Assembly: GCA_012026655.1 (NCBI GenBank)
Contig: JAAILG010000414.1
Location: 1-64,000 of the forward strand
Direction: 5' to 3'
From: Hydrolagus affinis
Taxonomy: Eukaryota
DNA: 64,000 bases
Shown piece by piece: positions 26,118-38,812 of the stretch. How positions within the stretch are numbered: position 1 is the first letter of the stretch; every line of letters begins with the position of its first letter. Made by a program: the position numbers and the translations under genes. The notes below the pieces were generated by a model. It was not told the origin of the DNA, ran no database searches, and worked only from the letters and a program-made list of their open reading frames with translations.

Positions 26118-26504
26118 TAGGGTCCGTCGATATAGAAATTTTCCGATATCGATATATACTGATATATCGATATCTCCGGGTTTTTTTGTACTGCGCATGC
26201 GCGCGCATTCGGAGGTGTGCGCGCACTCGGGGTGCACGCGCATTCTGATGTGCACGCACATTCCATGCTCTGGGCCCAGGAGGTTTGCAATGCCGGCGAC
26301 AAGGTAAGTTTAAAAAGTTCGCTTTATACCAATATATACTGATATATCGCTGGACACGATATACCGATATTTGCAATATATCGATATATTTTTTCATATC
26401 GAATTTTTCGACATGTCGATATATTTGAATTTCCAATATCGGCATATCATTATAAAAAATTATACCGATATAACTGATATATATCGATATATCGCCGGAC
26501 ACTA
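26118..26504 (+). mobile_element. Complete non-autonomous hAT transposon (MITE), 387 bp
   Basis: TIRs TAGGGTCCGTCGATATA and (reverse complement) TAGTGTCCGGCGATATA (15/17). Perfect 8-bp TSD TTTCACCC at 26110-26117 and 26505-26512; an 8-bp TSD is typical of hAT. Confidence 0.92.
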
Positions 26505-29500
26505 TTTCACCCTCTTTAAGATGGACAGTTCACATAATTGCTTGCTTCTGCTGTCAGGAATAGCGAAGGCCCACATGCAACCTGGAGTAGGTTTCCAGAC
26601 TTCAATGAGAAACCAAGCTTTTTACAACACCTGGGAGACAATCCTCAGTCAGCCAACCAACCCTGGAAAGTTGTCTGCTGGCCGAGCACTTTGTAGTCCA
26701 CAGGTGGCTGTGTTTTTTTTTCCAGAGTTGAGAAACTGGATCAGTAAGGCTTTCTTACTGACTTTATTAAGTGAAATTATGCATTAAAAGCACCAACACC
26801 TCCTCTTCCTCCCTTACTCAAATGGAACCAAAAGGCATTCATTACCTTCTCCTTGACCCAAGCAGTACACAGCACGGAGCTGGCTGGAAAGTAAAATGCA
26901 TTGATATTGTCAGCAAGTGCTGAACAAAATATCTGGCATAACTGAAAACCACAAAACAATATATCCTTGGTGTAAAATCTACACAGTTTACTATATTCAA
27001 CAGCCATTGCAATTGCATTTTGCTTTTGTTTCCTATTTCCGTAAATTCTCAAGGTAATTATATACTTGAGGGCAAAATAAGAAATATTGTGTACAGTATA
27101 AGATACACAATGATATCATGTTATTCTCTTCAGAGATTAACATTTTTTAACATACAACCTGCAGGTTATGTGTGATAATCCAGTCAATTTGCCCAGTTAC
27201 CACTTAACCCACCGGAAATATATTTGCACGGCAATATTAAAATTGAAAGGTAAGGCAGTTTACACAAGTGCTGAACAAAAGTGTTTTAACAATAATTCCT
27301 GCTATAGTATATTTCACTTGAATCATGATACTGTATTTGTATTTTTGATAATAGCAAGATTGTAGATATGTATAGCAAAATTAGGCATTACTGACACTAA
27401 TTAATAGCAGGGTGCTGTTGCAGTTGTTTAATGGTATTTGCAGTGTTAAGTGATTTCATAAGAAAATCCAGTCCCAAATTTCCTCAAATTGGCAAACATT
27501 ATATGATGATCAGTGTGGAGCAGCATTAGCAGAGACTTCATAATGGACTTTGTACTTCTGATGAAATTGTTCTCTTGTGAAAATGTTATGAAATGAAATA
27601 CAGAGCTTTGACGACCCACAACATAATCAAAAGCTGTTACAAATAAGTGCTTTTGATAATTTTCTTGTTATCTTTCATTCTATTTAAATATAGAAAGACA
27701 AACAAACCATCCTTTTTGTTTTGGAGGGAGGAAGGTGGAATAAATAATTGCATTTGAACTTAAGTTGGATGAAAATGACTAAAATTCTCAATTAGCTTTG
27801 TGCACTGATATGTTGTCATCAACAACAGGAAAAAATGTAATTATTATAAAATGCTAGATGTATTTAGCAGCTTGTGTTGCTCTTAGGAGGTTTTTGGTTG
27901 TGAAAGGGGAATCGGAACAATCGTGGAGGATCCAATTAGGTAAAGAGTTAATGAATGAGAAATTACCATTTGGTACACAGAGGTGATATAATTAATGGTC
28001 CACACACTGTTCTGCTGGGAACATGGAAGGATGGAAGGTTACTGCAATGCATTTACTACTTAAGTAGACTATTTTTGAGATTGAGGGGGCTATACATTGT
28101 TTGTTTTTGCCACATACCTAGGCACGGGATATAGTGCTTTTAAATCTTCTAGTTTTTTTTTCTTGAGTTAGAGCTCATAAATATATACCCAGGATCTAGT
28201 ATTTTCAAGAAGGATATTCAGGAATTACATACCACACAAGATGCATGGAAACAAACCAGTCATTTCATCTGTGCTGATGATCCACATGAGTTTCCAACCA
28301 CCGTGCCCCCACCCCCGCTCCAAATACTTTTTCCATATCCCTCAATTTTATTCTCCGTTAGGAATATTTTGTAAAAGAATCAAATAGCTTTAATTTGTTA
28401 ATTCACCTGAAAGCTGAAAAACATAAAAACCTTGCGAGTGTAATGTTAAGTAAGTGAGAGGCTTTCTGCGTATTTTCTTCCTGATTTTAAAACAAATCTC
28501 TGTGACTGTAGTTTTGCTTGTTTTATTAAATATTACTGGATTGATTTGTTTGAACTGAAAAATCTATATTTATGTGACAGTAATTTTTAATTTATTGGAG
28601 AGCGTAACATTTTATTTTACTGAATTGTCAGTATTCAGAGAATAAGATTTAATAGAATTTTTGAAGTGCAGTAATCCAGCTATCACGAAATGCAACAAAG
28701 AGACAGGAAATGAAATATTTTATTTGAAAGAATTATAGTTAGACTCACTGGGCCTTTTTCAAATAATATATGGAGAGAATCACTTATATTGCATTGAATC
28801 AAACTTTTTTTAAAGCTATAATATGTTTGGGAGAAAAATACAGAGCAGATACAAAAAACGATTAGTGATCACTTAAGACACGTAGTTTAAATTTGAAAAG
28901 CCTTTACGAAGTTTTTGGTACTTGTGCAAACTTTTATAATGTGTATAATTCCTCTCTGGAATTCAGTTTTCACATTTTATAAAAAAATATATTTACCTTG
29001 ATATTGTTTCTGTACCTCTTTGGACTCCATTTCCCAAATGGATTTTGTTTGTTCCAAAGTAAATATCTAAACTACTTATCTAAATAATATACATCTGCCT
29101 ATGGGTTCTTGCTAGTTTTTGTCACAAAGAAACAACCTAGGTCCATTGTAATTCTTCAGTAGTTTGTCCATTCTCAACAAGAGAAACCTTGTTTTGATTC
29201 AAGCCCTACTTGAATTATTCATCGATAAATTATTATTAAATTCAATATTCTAATATGTATACTACACCTTTTATTGAGTTTGTTTACAATATATAAGCAT
29301 AGTAAATGAGATACCATGGAACAAAGAGAAAATCATCAACTTGTGCTCCTTTTTCTTTTTGCTGGTGTAATAATGTGTAGCAAATGTTGCAGAGATGTCA
29401 ATATCTTCCTGCAGTTTTGGTGTCTAACATATCTTTGTGAACTTTTCGTTCCAAGCTTATGATGGGTAATATCAAGTGGGGAACAAATGGTTTGCAAGCA

Positions 29501-30429
29501 ACAGTAAAGAATGCATTTTAAGATCCCGCCATCTTTAGAGTTAACAGCTAGTTATATTTGGCTGTCTGAATTTAGACGAATGCACAAGCATTCTTGAGTT
29601 CTGTAGTTCTCTGGATATTTTCCCCCAAAATATCCACAGGAAAAGCTATAGCCGCTAGATAGACGGTAATGGCATCTTTATGGTAACTATTCCAAACTGA
29701 GTGATTGGTCCAACAAACAAGATTGTTTTGAAACTTTTTTTATTGATTTAATGACAAATCTAAATTTGAGATCCTCACAGTCTGTTAGTGAAGATATCGA
29801 GTCAATGTTACACCTCAGGCTAAACTGGGAAGCTATCTTTCAACTTCCACCTTCCACACAATGCTCATTATTACACAATGTATTCTCTCAGAATATAAGA
29901 ATGAGTAATAAGAATAAGTAAGTACTTACACATATAGGTAATGTGCATTATAATGTAGTCTTCAACATGAAAGGTGCTCTATAAATGTAATTTTGTTGTT
30001 GTTCAAGGACTTGAAGGACCAAATTTTCAAAATATGTCCAAACAACTCAGATTTTCACTGGGACCGTTGTTATACAAATAACATGTGCTACCTTCAATTG
30101 AGCCCAATTTATAATGCTGTTTCAGCAAACAAATCTTCATCAATTATATGGCAGTATTGTTGCCTGCAGCAGATGTGTTGCATGTTGTCAGAAAGAAGCT
30201 ACAACTATTTAGAAATTAATTACCTGTATTTTGTTCCCAAAAAAAGTTTGATGTGTGATCCCAGACAGCTTCTGGTTTAGCCAAGGGAAGCCAAACCCAT
30301 GGGAAGACAAAGGAAACTGCAATCTTGATTTGTAAAGTTTACTCACGACAATCTGAAACTGCCATAAGAGAAAGTTCACACATTCAGGAGCTTGTAGAAT
30401 CGACACCAGGTATAAAACTTGTATATTTA

Positions 30430-30901
30430 CCTTATCCCAAACTCCGCCACCCGCATTCTGATCTGCATTAAACTCCACACCCTGATTACCCCAGTCCTTG
30501 CCAAATTCCACTGGCTCCCTGACAAAGTGGATCGACTTCAAGATCCACACTCGAGTGTTTAAATCCCCCCACGTCCCCGTCTCTCCAACCTCCTCTCCCC
30601 TCACAGCACTACAAGCTGCCTCTGCTCTACTGACTCCGGCCTCCTCCTTGTGCCTCGAATCTTCCACTTCACCATCGGCAGCCGCGCTTCAACTACTATG
30701 TCCCAAAGCTTTGGAGCTCGCTCCCTCAATCAATTTCCTTTGCCCCTCTTTCCCCATTTTCAGATTGTGCCTGCAGACCTTCCTTTTCGACCATGCCTAT
30801 GGTCACCTCACCATCCCCCTGGTACGGCTTTGGGTTTTGCCATTATTAAGCACTCTGGGACGCCACCCAGTTGGAAGGTGCTACATAAATGCAAACTGTT
30901 G
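30430..30901 (+). mobile_element. 5'-truncated L2-clade LINE (ORF2 C-terminus and 3' UTR)
   Basis: Codes a degenerate HWLP..IDFK motif, is C-rich, has the tail aaggtgctacataaatgcaaactgttg, and aligns with 46046-46566. Confidence 0.85.
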
Positions 30902-31129
30902 ATGCAAACTAGGACTCTGACTTTATTATAAAGGCAGGATAGCCATGTGGTCTGCAGCTACAAAATCTAAATATAGACTCAAAAAATTCCTAAATGCGAT
31001 TGAACGCAAAGAATATAAAGGTGCAACTGCCTTTGAGCTGTTGTATTGTGTGGGAAATTGTACCCGTCATCCTTTGCTGACCTAACAATACTAAGGAAAA
31101 GTACTTTGTGATCTGTTATTGTTTCTTCT

Positions 31130-31212
31130 TCCCGACCCCTGACTGTTCAGCGCCATGGGACGTTCTCCCGACATGAAAGGTGCTCCAAAAATGTAATTTT
31201 GTTGTTGTTGTT
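31130..31212 (+). mobile_element. L2 3' tail fragment
   Basis: cagcgccatgggacgttctcccgacatgaaaggtgctc...tgtaattttgttgttgttg matches the tail of the 33490 copy. A similar stub lies at 29961-30003. Confidence 0.75.
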
Positions 31213-33489
31213 TATCTGAGTCACCCTAGTGCAGCAGTAAATTGTCTATGTAGTACATGTGCAATGTACACAAGATTTATTGGCTAGCAATTTATCTCAT
31301 CCTGCTGCTGGTTTAATCAATAGTTTGTGGTTGAAAGTGATTTTGGACCACAATTCAATGTCAACTAAATCAGGTTTTACAACATTTTTAGATTGCATAT
31401 TTCTTTGTTTTTCTTTCGGTTTACTTTGGTTTATTTTTTCTCAGTTTTTGATTTGTTTTAATTGTTAAATACGAGTTTCATCTGGGATTAAGCTTCCAGG
31501 TAACTGTTCATAAGAGAGTACCACTAAGCACTGGGCTTGATCTGAATGTCCATTTCCCTTTGCCTTCTTCCCTTACACTTGTTTCTGAGGTACTAAATCT
31601 CTGTTAAGAGCAAGCCATTTTGATTATAAAGAATTTTTTTTTGCCCTCAGGGCATTTCAGGGAGCTAAAATGACCTTGGACCCCATTGTCCTGTAGTCTG
31701 CTCCATTCATCAACCATTAATGGTTTATGCTCACATAACAAAAGCCCAAGAATGTATTCTCAGCTTGCTCTAAGGGTTTGGGAACGTTTGAGTTTGAGAA
31801 AGGAGAGCTAATGTTCAGAAATATTTCAGATTATATAGTACATTCCATGTTTGTGTATATATGAAATTGGCAGTTATATCGTGGTGGTCAAGAACAATTT
31901 GAAAAATGTTGGTCAACTTTCCAAACCAATTCTAAGTGTCTTAAGTGTATCTTAAGGCATGTACCACCCTCGTTCCTGGCATGACCAGGTTTACAACCTA
32001 AATAATTGTAAATGTCAACGTGTTAATGTTATCATGCAAGGTGATCCTGTTTCCATGCAGCAGATTTCCAATAATTCAGCAAAAGAACATCAGACTCAAA
32101 CACCACATTACATTCTCCTGTTGAGAAACACCTCAAACATGTTGCACAATGAAATTCATTCATCATTTGCAAAAAAAAAAGAATTTCCCCCAGTTTCATG
32201 ACAATGAAAGTGATTAATATCCTTACAACCAAATGGCACCTCATGATTTAAGTATGTATTTTCTCCAAACTGGGAAGGTGGTGTATTTTAGAACAAGGCA
32301 CAAAAAAGGCAACCCATTTGACAGCTACCAAGATTGCTCAGAGGGTACAAGAATAACTTTTTTAAGTTGTTATGAGCTTTATGGCTTCAATGCCTCATAG
32401 ATGTTATATACAATTGGGGCATGATTTTCCACAACCCCATAGTCATAATAGTTCTACTTGCTTTAGAAATGATTTTGTTGAGTCTCAGCTCTTTTAGAAT
32501 TACTTCCTGTATATTTTCATTTGGTGGTGGGGTGGGAGGGGAAAGAGAAAAATGGATACTGTATTTAACTTGGACAAGTCTAATGATATTCTGATAGTTC
32601 AGCACCCATTAAGATTTGGGACATAGAAATTGTGACCATCTAAATATCCATCCATATAATGAATCTTGTGAATATAAAGATCATACAGGGAATTAATGGG
32701 GGGAGGGGGGCTTTTTTTTTAGCAAATGGTAATTATACAGACAGCTCTACTTATGCATATCTTATTAGTAAATTTGGGAAAAGGTGTAGAAGGAATCTGT
32801 ATAGCATCTCCATTAGTGTGTTATGAAGTGCGTTCAGTTATGAGCCTATTAAACTGCTATTTTGATAATTAAGCCCACAGCTGTTGTGAGGGCGTTGGGG
32901 GCAGTAGCTGATGAAGTAACAGACTGCACCATGAATTGACTAAATAGAGAAACAAGGGAAAATAAAGAGAGACTGAATATGAAGTTCTCGTGTATAGAAT
33001 GTATATGCCATCCCTACAGAACCTTGCCGTAGATTCCATTTCTGACCTGTATTGTGTATAGGTGAAGTCTGGAACTCACTCAATGTAATGAATTTGAGGC
33101 AGTGGATTTTTCTACGTACCCACATAGCTGGGGGTTTCATTAGAAAACAGCTGGAGGCTAAGGACTGACAGTTGCTTTATAAACAAAGCCCCCTGTCAAT
33201 TGCTTTTTCCCCTTTGAAACATAGTGGTTAGTCTTCCAGTGTGTGGCCATTAATTACTTTTACCTCAGGCATTACTTGTTCAGAAATGTTTATGCACTTC
33301 ATCTATACTGTTTGGCCTAAAATAAAAGTAAATCTGCCAAGATGAATATATGAATCTGTGATATAAGATCATTCGGTATATACAACTGTAGATTATTATG
33401 TGATTTATTTTGCGTTACTTATATCGTCATTCGAACAGCTAGGAAGAAAATGGGATCATAATTTCTGTTCTGCCTTAACGTATTTACAT

Positions 33490-33990
33490 GTACAACTGCG
33501 ACCACATCATTCTCACCCTCACCCGGCTCCATTGGTTCCCCATCCCCCAGAGGATCGAATTCAAGATCCTCGTCCTCACTTTCAAGGCCATTCAAGTCCT
33601 TGCCCCCTCCTATCTCTCCGACCTGCTGACTCCCTGTCAATCTGCCCACCACCTCCGTTCAGCGGGCTCCGGTCTGCTCCATCTCCCCCGCCCGATCCAC
33701 CTTACCATCAGTGGATGGGCTTTCAGCCTCTCTGCCCCCACACTCTCTAACTCCATCCCACAGTCCCTTCGACTCACTTCTTCCCTTGCCTACTTCAAGG
33801 CTGGTCTCCAGACCCTCCTCTTCGATCGTGCCTTCTGCTGCCCTCCCAACTCTCTCCCTCCCCTCCCCCCTATCCTGCCTCTGTCCTTCCCCCTTACTCG
33901 GGTACCAATCTGACTATTCAGCGCCTTGAGACGTCCTCTCGACATGAAAGGCACTCTACAAGTGTAATTTTGTTGTTATTGTTGTTGTTA
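33490..33990 (+). mobile_element. 5'-truncated L2-clade LINE
   Basis: ORF 33488-33913 reads LHWFPIPQRIEFKILVLTFKA...APSYLSDLL...AFSLSAPTLSNSIPQSLR...FKAGLQTLLF, the typical L2 ORF2 C-terminus. Ends in a (TTG)n tail. Confidence 0.9.
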
Positions 33991-36175
33991 TTAATAATAG
34001 TTGATTGTGCAGTCATATGTTTTCTGTAGGCACGTTTTTAGTAAAAATTAGTAAAGGACATCTTCTGTTTTGAATAAATTGTACGGAGTGAGCATACATG
34101 TTTTGGGAATAAAAACTTCGTATATTGGACACCATGATTGCTTTTTAATCCATTGGTTGCAAGAATGGAAACTATGCATAGATCAAAATTGCTTCAGCTT
34201 TTCAACACCCATTCAACCCTGTTCACTTAAGAAAAATCAAATACAATTATCTGTCAACTGTAAAATGAATCGGTGAACTTCTACTTTACCTACAGTATGT
34301 TAGAGAATTTCAAATTATTACCTGTGTGCCGTATTTGTTACTTGACTAGAACAGAATTACACAACAGTTTTCGAATAAAAAGAAAGGATCCATTTTATTT
34401 GGTAAGTATAATATCTCTAATATTAATATTAAAGTAAAATTGCCATCAAAGTAATTTGATAGTTGCATCTGTATGGAATGCAGTTTTTAAAAATAAATCT
34501 CACTATTTAGGTTTCAGCAAAATAGCAAACCCATAATTTCTGTAGATTTACCATCTATACCTCTTGGACAACAGTTTCTGTAAAGATTGCTGATTTTCAT
34601 TCTTTTTTTGCCACACACTTTGTACAGAATACCTGCTCAAGATAGGCAAAAACGTGAAGAAATGTATTAAAAAAATATGATTACAAAAAGTAGCTAATTG
34701 CTGAACAAGCAAAAGACATGGTGGCTTTGATTTCTTCTGCTGATGATTTCATTGCTTTATTATTTTATGCAGAAATTAGGTATCGACTTCTAGAACATTT
34801 TGATGAACAGTTACTGGCAAAGAGAATCAATTTAATATTGATGGTTATTATTCATACTACTTTCGGCCATTCCTACCATAGGTGATCTGTCAGCTCTACA
34901 CAGTGTTTAAAGGCAGGTGTAAACATCCCACTTGTACTGATAAACATCAGTATTAATTATGTAAATTGCCAACCACAGTGAATAATATCAGAATTTCTCA
35001 AGGAATTATTCTTTTGAAAGTAACTAGTAGCGCATAATCTTCTGATTTCCAACAGTGTGAAAGCACTAAACAGGGAAATTACTCAGGAGATTATTTGATA
35101 TATTGCTCAGACATATTCTCTTCTGCTCCTGGATCAATAGATCAATATTTGTCCAGACATTGAAAATATCATTATATATGTATAATAAAGCTCTGTCTGT
35201 TAGAGTCTGATTTAAATACCAACCAAGTAGATTTGTAGTGGAACAGGGAACTGGCCACAGGTGCCCTTGCTGCCTGTCCTGGATCTCTGTGAAGTGGAAA
35301 CTCAAATCTATTATGATGCACAAATAGCTATCAACCATGTTGAGCCTAATATATTGGCTCCAGGCTCCTCAATATACCCGTCAGGAGAGTATGCAAAGGT
35401 AGCCTGTATCCATGGAAAGAATGATGATACTAGCTCTGAATGTGCTTTAGTTTCCAGATTTGGAAAGGATCCGAATCTGAAAAGAATTTGAATCTGGTTT
35501 CTAATTAAGGCAATGTGTTTTAAACCTAAGGCTTCTTGTGAGATGAAGTACAGAAACAGATAAACATTAACTTTAGTTTCAGATACGGGGGGGAATTGGT
35601 TTTAGTTACCGAATATTTCTACGTCTGAGGCATGAAGATAGAGTAATACTCAGGCCTACTATATTTTTACCTGCCATTCTGCCTAAAATGTAATTTACTG
35701 TCCTATCTTTCTTTATGGATGTAATAAAACATCTGCTGCCATACAGACAAAATGAAGTGTCAGACAATCAACTCAGCTGTTTGTCTCTTATATTTAGATG
35801 AATCTATTGTCAAAAACAATGACTTAATAGTCGGCCTGGTATGTTCTTCATTGATAGCGAAAGAGTAAGACCTTCCTAAATTAAAGTCCCTTCCACAAGG
35901 ATAGTCATTACCTGGGCTAGTTGGAACAAGATATTCACATGGGTAAACTTCACACTTTCACAAAACTATTGGTTGAACACAGATATGCAACTAATAGCTT
36001 TTTGGGGCCAACTAATGACCCTACTTTGGGAGATAGCTGTGAGTAGGGATGGATAACAGTGAAGGTCAAGATTCATGATGGTTTATTATTTCTCTGCCTT
36101 CTCCATTTCAATTTATTATCTTTCCTTCTGAAAGCAAATTTGCTCCTCTGTGCAAAGAATTATATACAGTACTGT

Positions 36176-36410
36176 ACATAGAATCTATACCACTAAAACA
36201 AAGCATTCTGGCCCAACTGGTCCATGCCAGGTCCACTGCAGGTGAGTCTTCATCCTTCCTCTACCTATTTTACCCCTTTATTCCCTGCCATTTATGTGTG
36301 CATCACATTTTGTTCTTAAATGATTTGATGCTTTCTGCTTCAACCACAGCTTCTGACATTGCGTTCTACATTCTTACCTCCCACTGTAGAAAGAAACTAC
36401 TGCTAAACTC
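36176..36410 (-). mobile_element. Degenerate CR1-like LINE 3' end
   Basis: catagaat...cattctggcccaactggtccatgcc and gcttcaaccac...gcgttc..cattcttacc.cccactg are typical antisense CR1 3' motifs. Confidence 0.6.
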
Positions 36411-37155
36411 GCTTAAGATCTTTCCCAGTTTACTTATACATACACACATATATCATATTATTATATTATATATATATAGAGAGAGAGAGATATATGCAGT
36501 GACCTTGTGGGACACCTTCCCACACTTATAAGCCTATGCATTTTCCTTTGACAGGATGGCTAAATGAATGGCTTATTTGATATAACATTGTGGGTACAAA
36601 CCTTGGACTCCTCATTGTAATGCAAGTGACTGGAGTACCAATGCACTGCCAACATACAGCAACATTCAGGTGCCTTTTTAAACAAAAACTGTACAGTATT
36701 TCCAAGACCTACAATGAAGTTACTCAGGGCTTCTCACTCTCTCTCCCTACCACACAGTTCAAGTGCCCTGTCAGCTGTATAAAGTACTTTGAGACATGAA
36801 AGGAGTTACAGTGTATAGCATTTTTGTAACTTTTTTTTAAATGATTTTACTGATTTTTTGTTAAAAACTGTTCATTTCCAGTTTACCAAAAATACAGAAA
36901 AGAGGATCATTAGAAAGCTGTGATTCCTATGGTTTGTTGCTGCATTTAGCCTTGTGCTTCCAGCCTTCCTGCTCAATGCCCTGATAAACCATATTTGATG
37001 GGATGGCTTATATAGGACAATTGAATGCCATGTTGATCAAAATGACATTCCCTGAAAGCATTCTTAGTGATTTTTTAATTCTGATTCTCTGCCTTGAAAG
37101 GCCGGTGGAAGCTGATTCGATAACAAGTTTGGGGAGGACAAGTTTGCCGCGCTAA

Positions 37156-37231
37156 TTTCAGCTCTTTCAAAGAGCCGGCAATAACAAGATGGGCCGAATG
37201 GCCTTTTCTGGGCTGTACAATTCTATGATTA
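37156..37231 (+). mobile_element. CR1 LINE 3' terminus
   Basis: gctctttcaaagagccggca...gatgggccgaatggcct...ctgtacaattctatgatt: the CR1 terminal hairpin and ATTCTATG tail. Confidence 0.8.
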
Positions 37232-38095
37232 TTGTTTTTTCCTTTACATTCGCAACCTCCAAATTGCATTACAGATTAAATTAAATGGGCATGGATTTTT
37301 GTTTCTAAATGCTTTGCAAAGAGAGCTACTTGGTTTGATATATAATATGATTTCTCAGAATAATGAAGTTTCAGTAAGTACATTTTAGAAACACTATGAG
37401 GTTTTTAAGTGTGTATTCCTTGGCTTTTTGTTTTCTTAGTTAGTAATTGTGTACATGTGTCTGAGAACCCGCTGAGGGTCTGATTACAAGCCTCACATCA
37501 CTTTCAGTCTGCATTGAGACGGGAATTCGGCCTGTGTTAGCATTGGAGCAATTGATTTAGGTTGTTGGTATACTTATAAATACAGCAGTTAAAAAGTTTT
37601 AAATAGATATACCAGCTGTAAGTGAACAGAACAGAGGTAAGGGTTGCATTTTTGTTTTTATTTGCTGAATACATACTTGCTGCTGAATAAATATGATTCC
37701 ACTCACGTTTGCCTCTTGAAGCCCCTATGTCTTATCCAGACATAAAATGGAAAAAATTTATTTCCTCAGAACCAGATATCTGGTACTATATCCTTAAAGT
37801 GTAATACTTTCATTTTTACAAGTTCGTAGGGTGTAATTTATTTATGACGAAGAAAGCAATGTTTCAAAATCTGATAAGTTTTATTTTGAATTCATCTATT
37901 CTGACAAAAAAATCTTCCAGCAACATTGACATATGCAATTGTCTTACTTGAAAGATAGAGACAAACGCAAGTTTTTTTTTCAAAGTTCTTTAAATTAAGG
38001 CAATTGGAAAAGGCAGTTGTATTTTGAATGTAAGTGCAAAGATTCGTTAGAACACATGAACATTTAAAATAAAGAGTTCACTTGTAAAAGTATTA

Positions 38096-38812
38096 CAGTA
38101 AAAGCCCGTTTATCCAGCACCCGTGGGACCTGGCCAATGCCGGTTAAGGCACCTGCCGGATATTCAGGCAGCCCGTGGCTGGAAACCCAGCACAAAAAAA
38201 TTTAGTTCTTTTAACACACACCATACACACCAGACTAAATAATAACAGATAATAACATAATATTGTATTGGTACTTATTGTTAAAACTACTCTCTTGCAC
38301 TTCTCACCTTTACTGGTTTAGGTTTATAGTCCAGCGATTCTTTTTAAAATGGAGGATGCCATGCGGGTGAAAAAAACGGCAGCGCGACTTTACTAGTGGC
38401 AAGCCGATAACCCTAGACTCTACTTGCGGCAGACTGAAATACTGTACCTGCGCGACAATGTGGGTTATCAGCTAGGGTTATCGGCTTGCCGCTAGTAAGG
38501 CTTTAAAGTCTCGCTCCGTTTTTTTCACCCGCTTGGCGTGCTCCATTTTAAAAAGAATCGCTGGACTATAAACCTCAACTGCATCATCATGGCTTCAAGC
38601 GCAGCATCTACCAGTAAAGGTGAGAAGCGCAAGAGAGTAGTTTTAACAATACAATACAATATTCTGTTATTATCTGTTATTATTTATGCATTTACAAATG
38701 CTCCACAGCTATTGTTCCGGATAAGTTCCGGTTTATCAAATGGGGACTTTTTTTTTGGCATGCCGGTTATAAGTACCGGTTCATCGAGTCACGGATAAAC
38801 AGGCTTCTACTG
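38096..38812 (+). mobile_element. Tigger/pogo-type non-autonomous transposon, 717 bp (family A, long form)
   Basis: TIRs CAGTAAAAGCCCGTTTATCC and (reverse complement) CAGTAGAAGCCTGTTTATCC, with TA at 38094-95 and 38813-14. The first ~70 bp closely match the 5633 MITE. Contains a transposase N-terminal remnant at 38589-38654. Confidence 0.9.

Noticed and set aside
26130-26500. CRISPR-like or satellite array suggested by recurring CGATATATCG
   Set aside because: The spacing is irregular with no repeat-spacer structure. They are subterminal motifs between TIRs in vertebrate DNA.
26029-26787. 157-aa and 138-aa ORFs rich in I/Y/R/D
   Set aside because: They are translations of the hAT MITE's CGATAT repeats, not genes.
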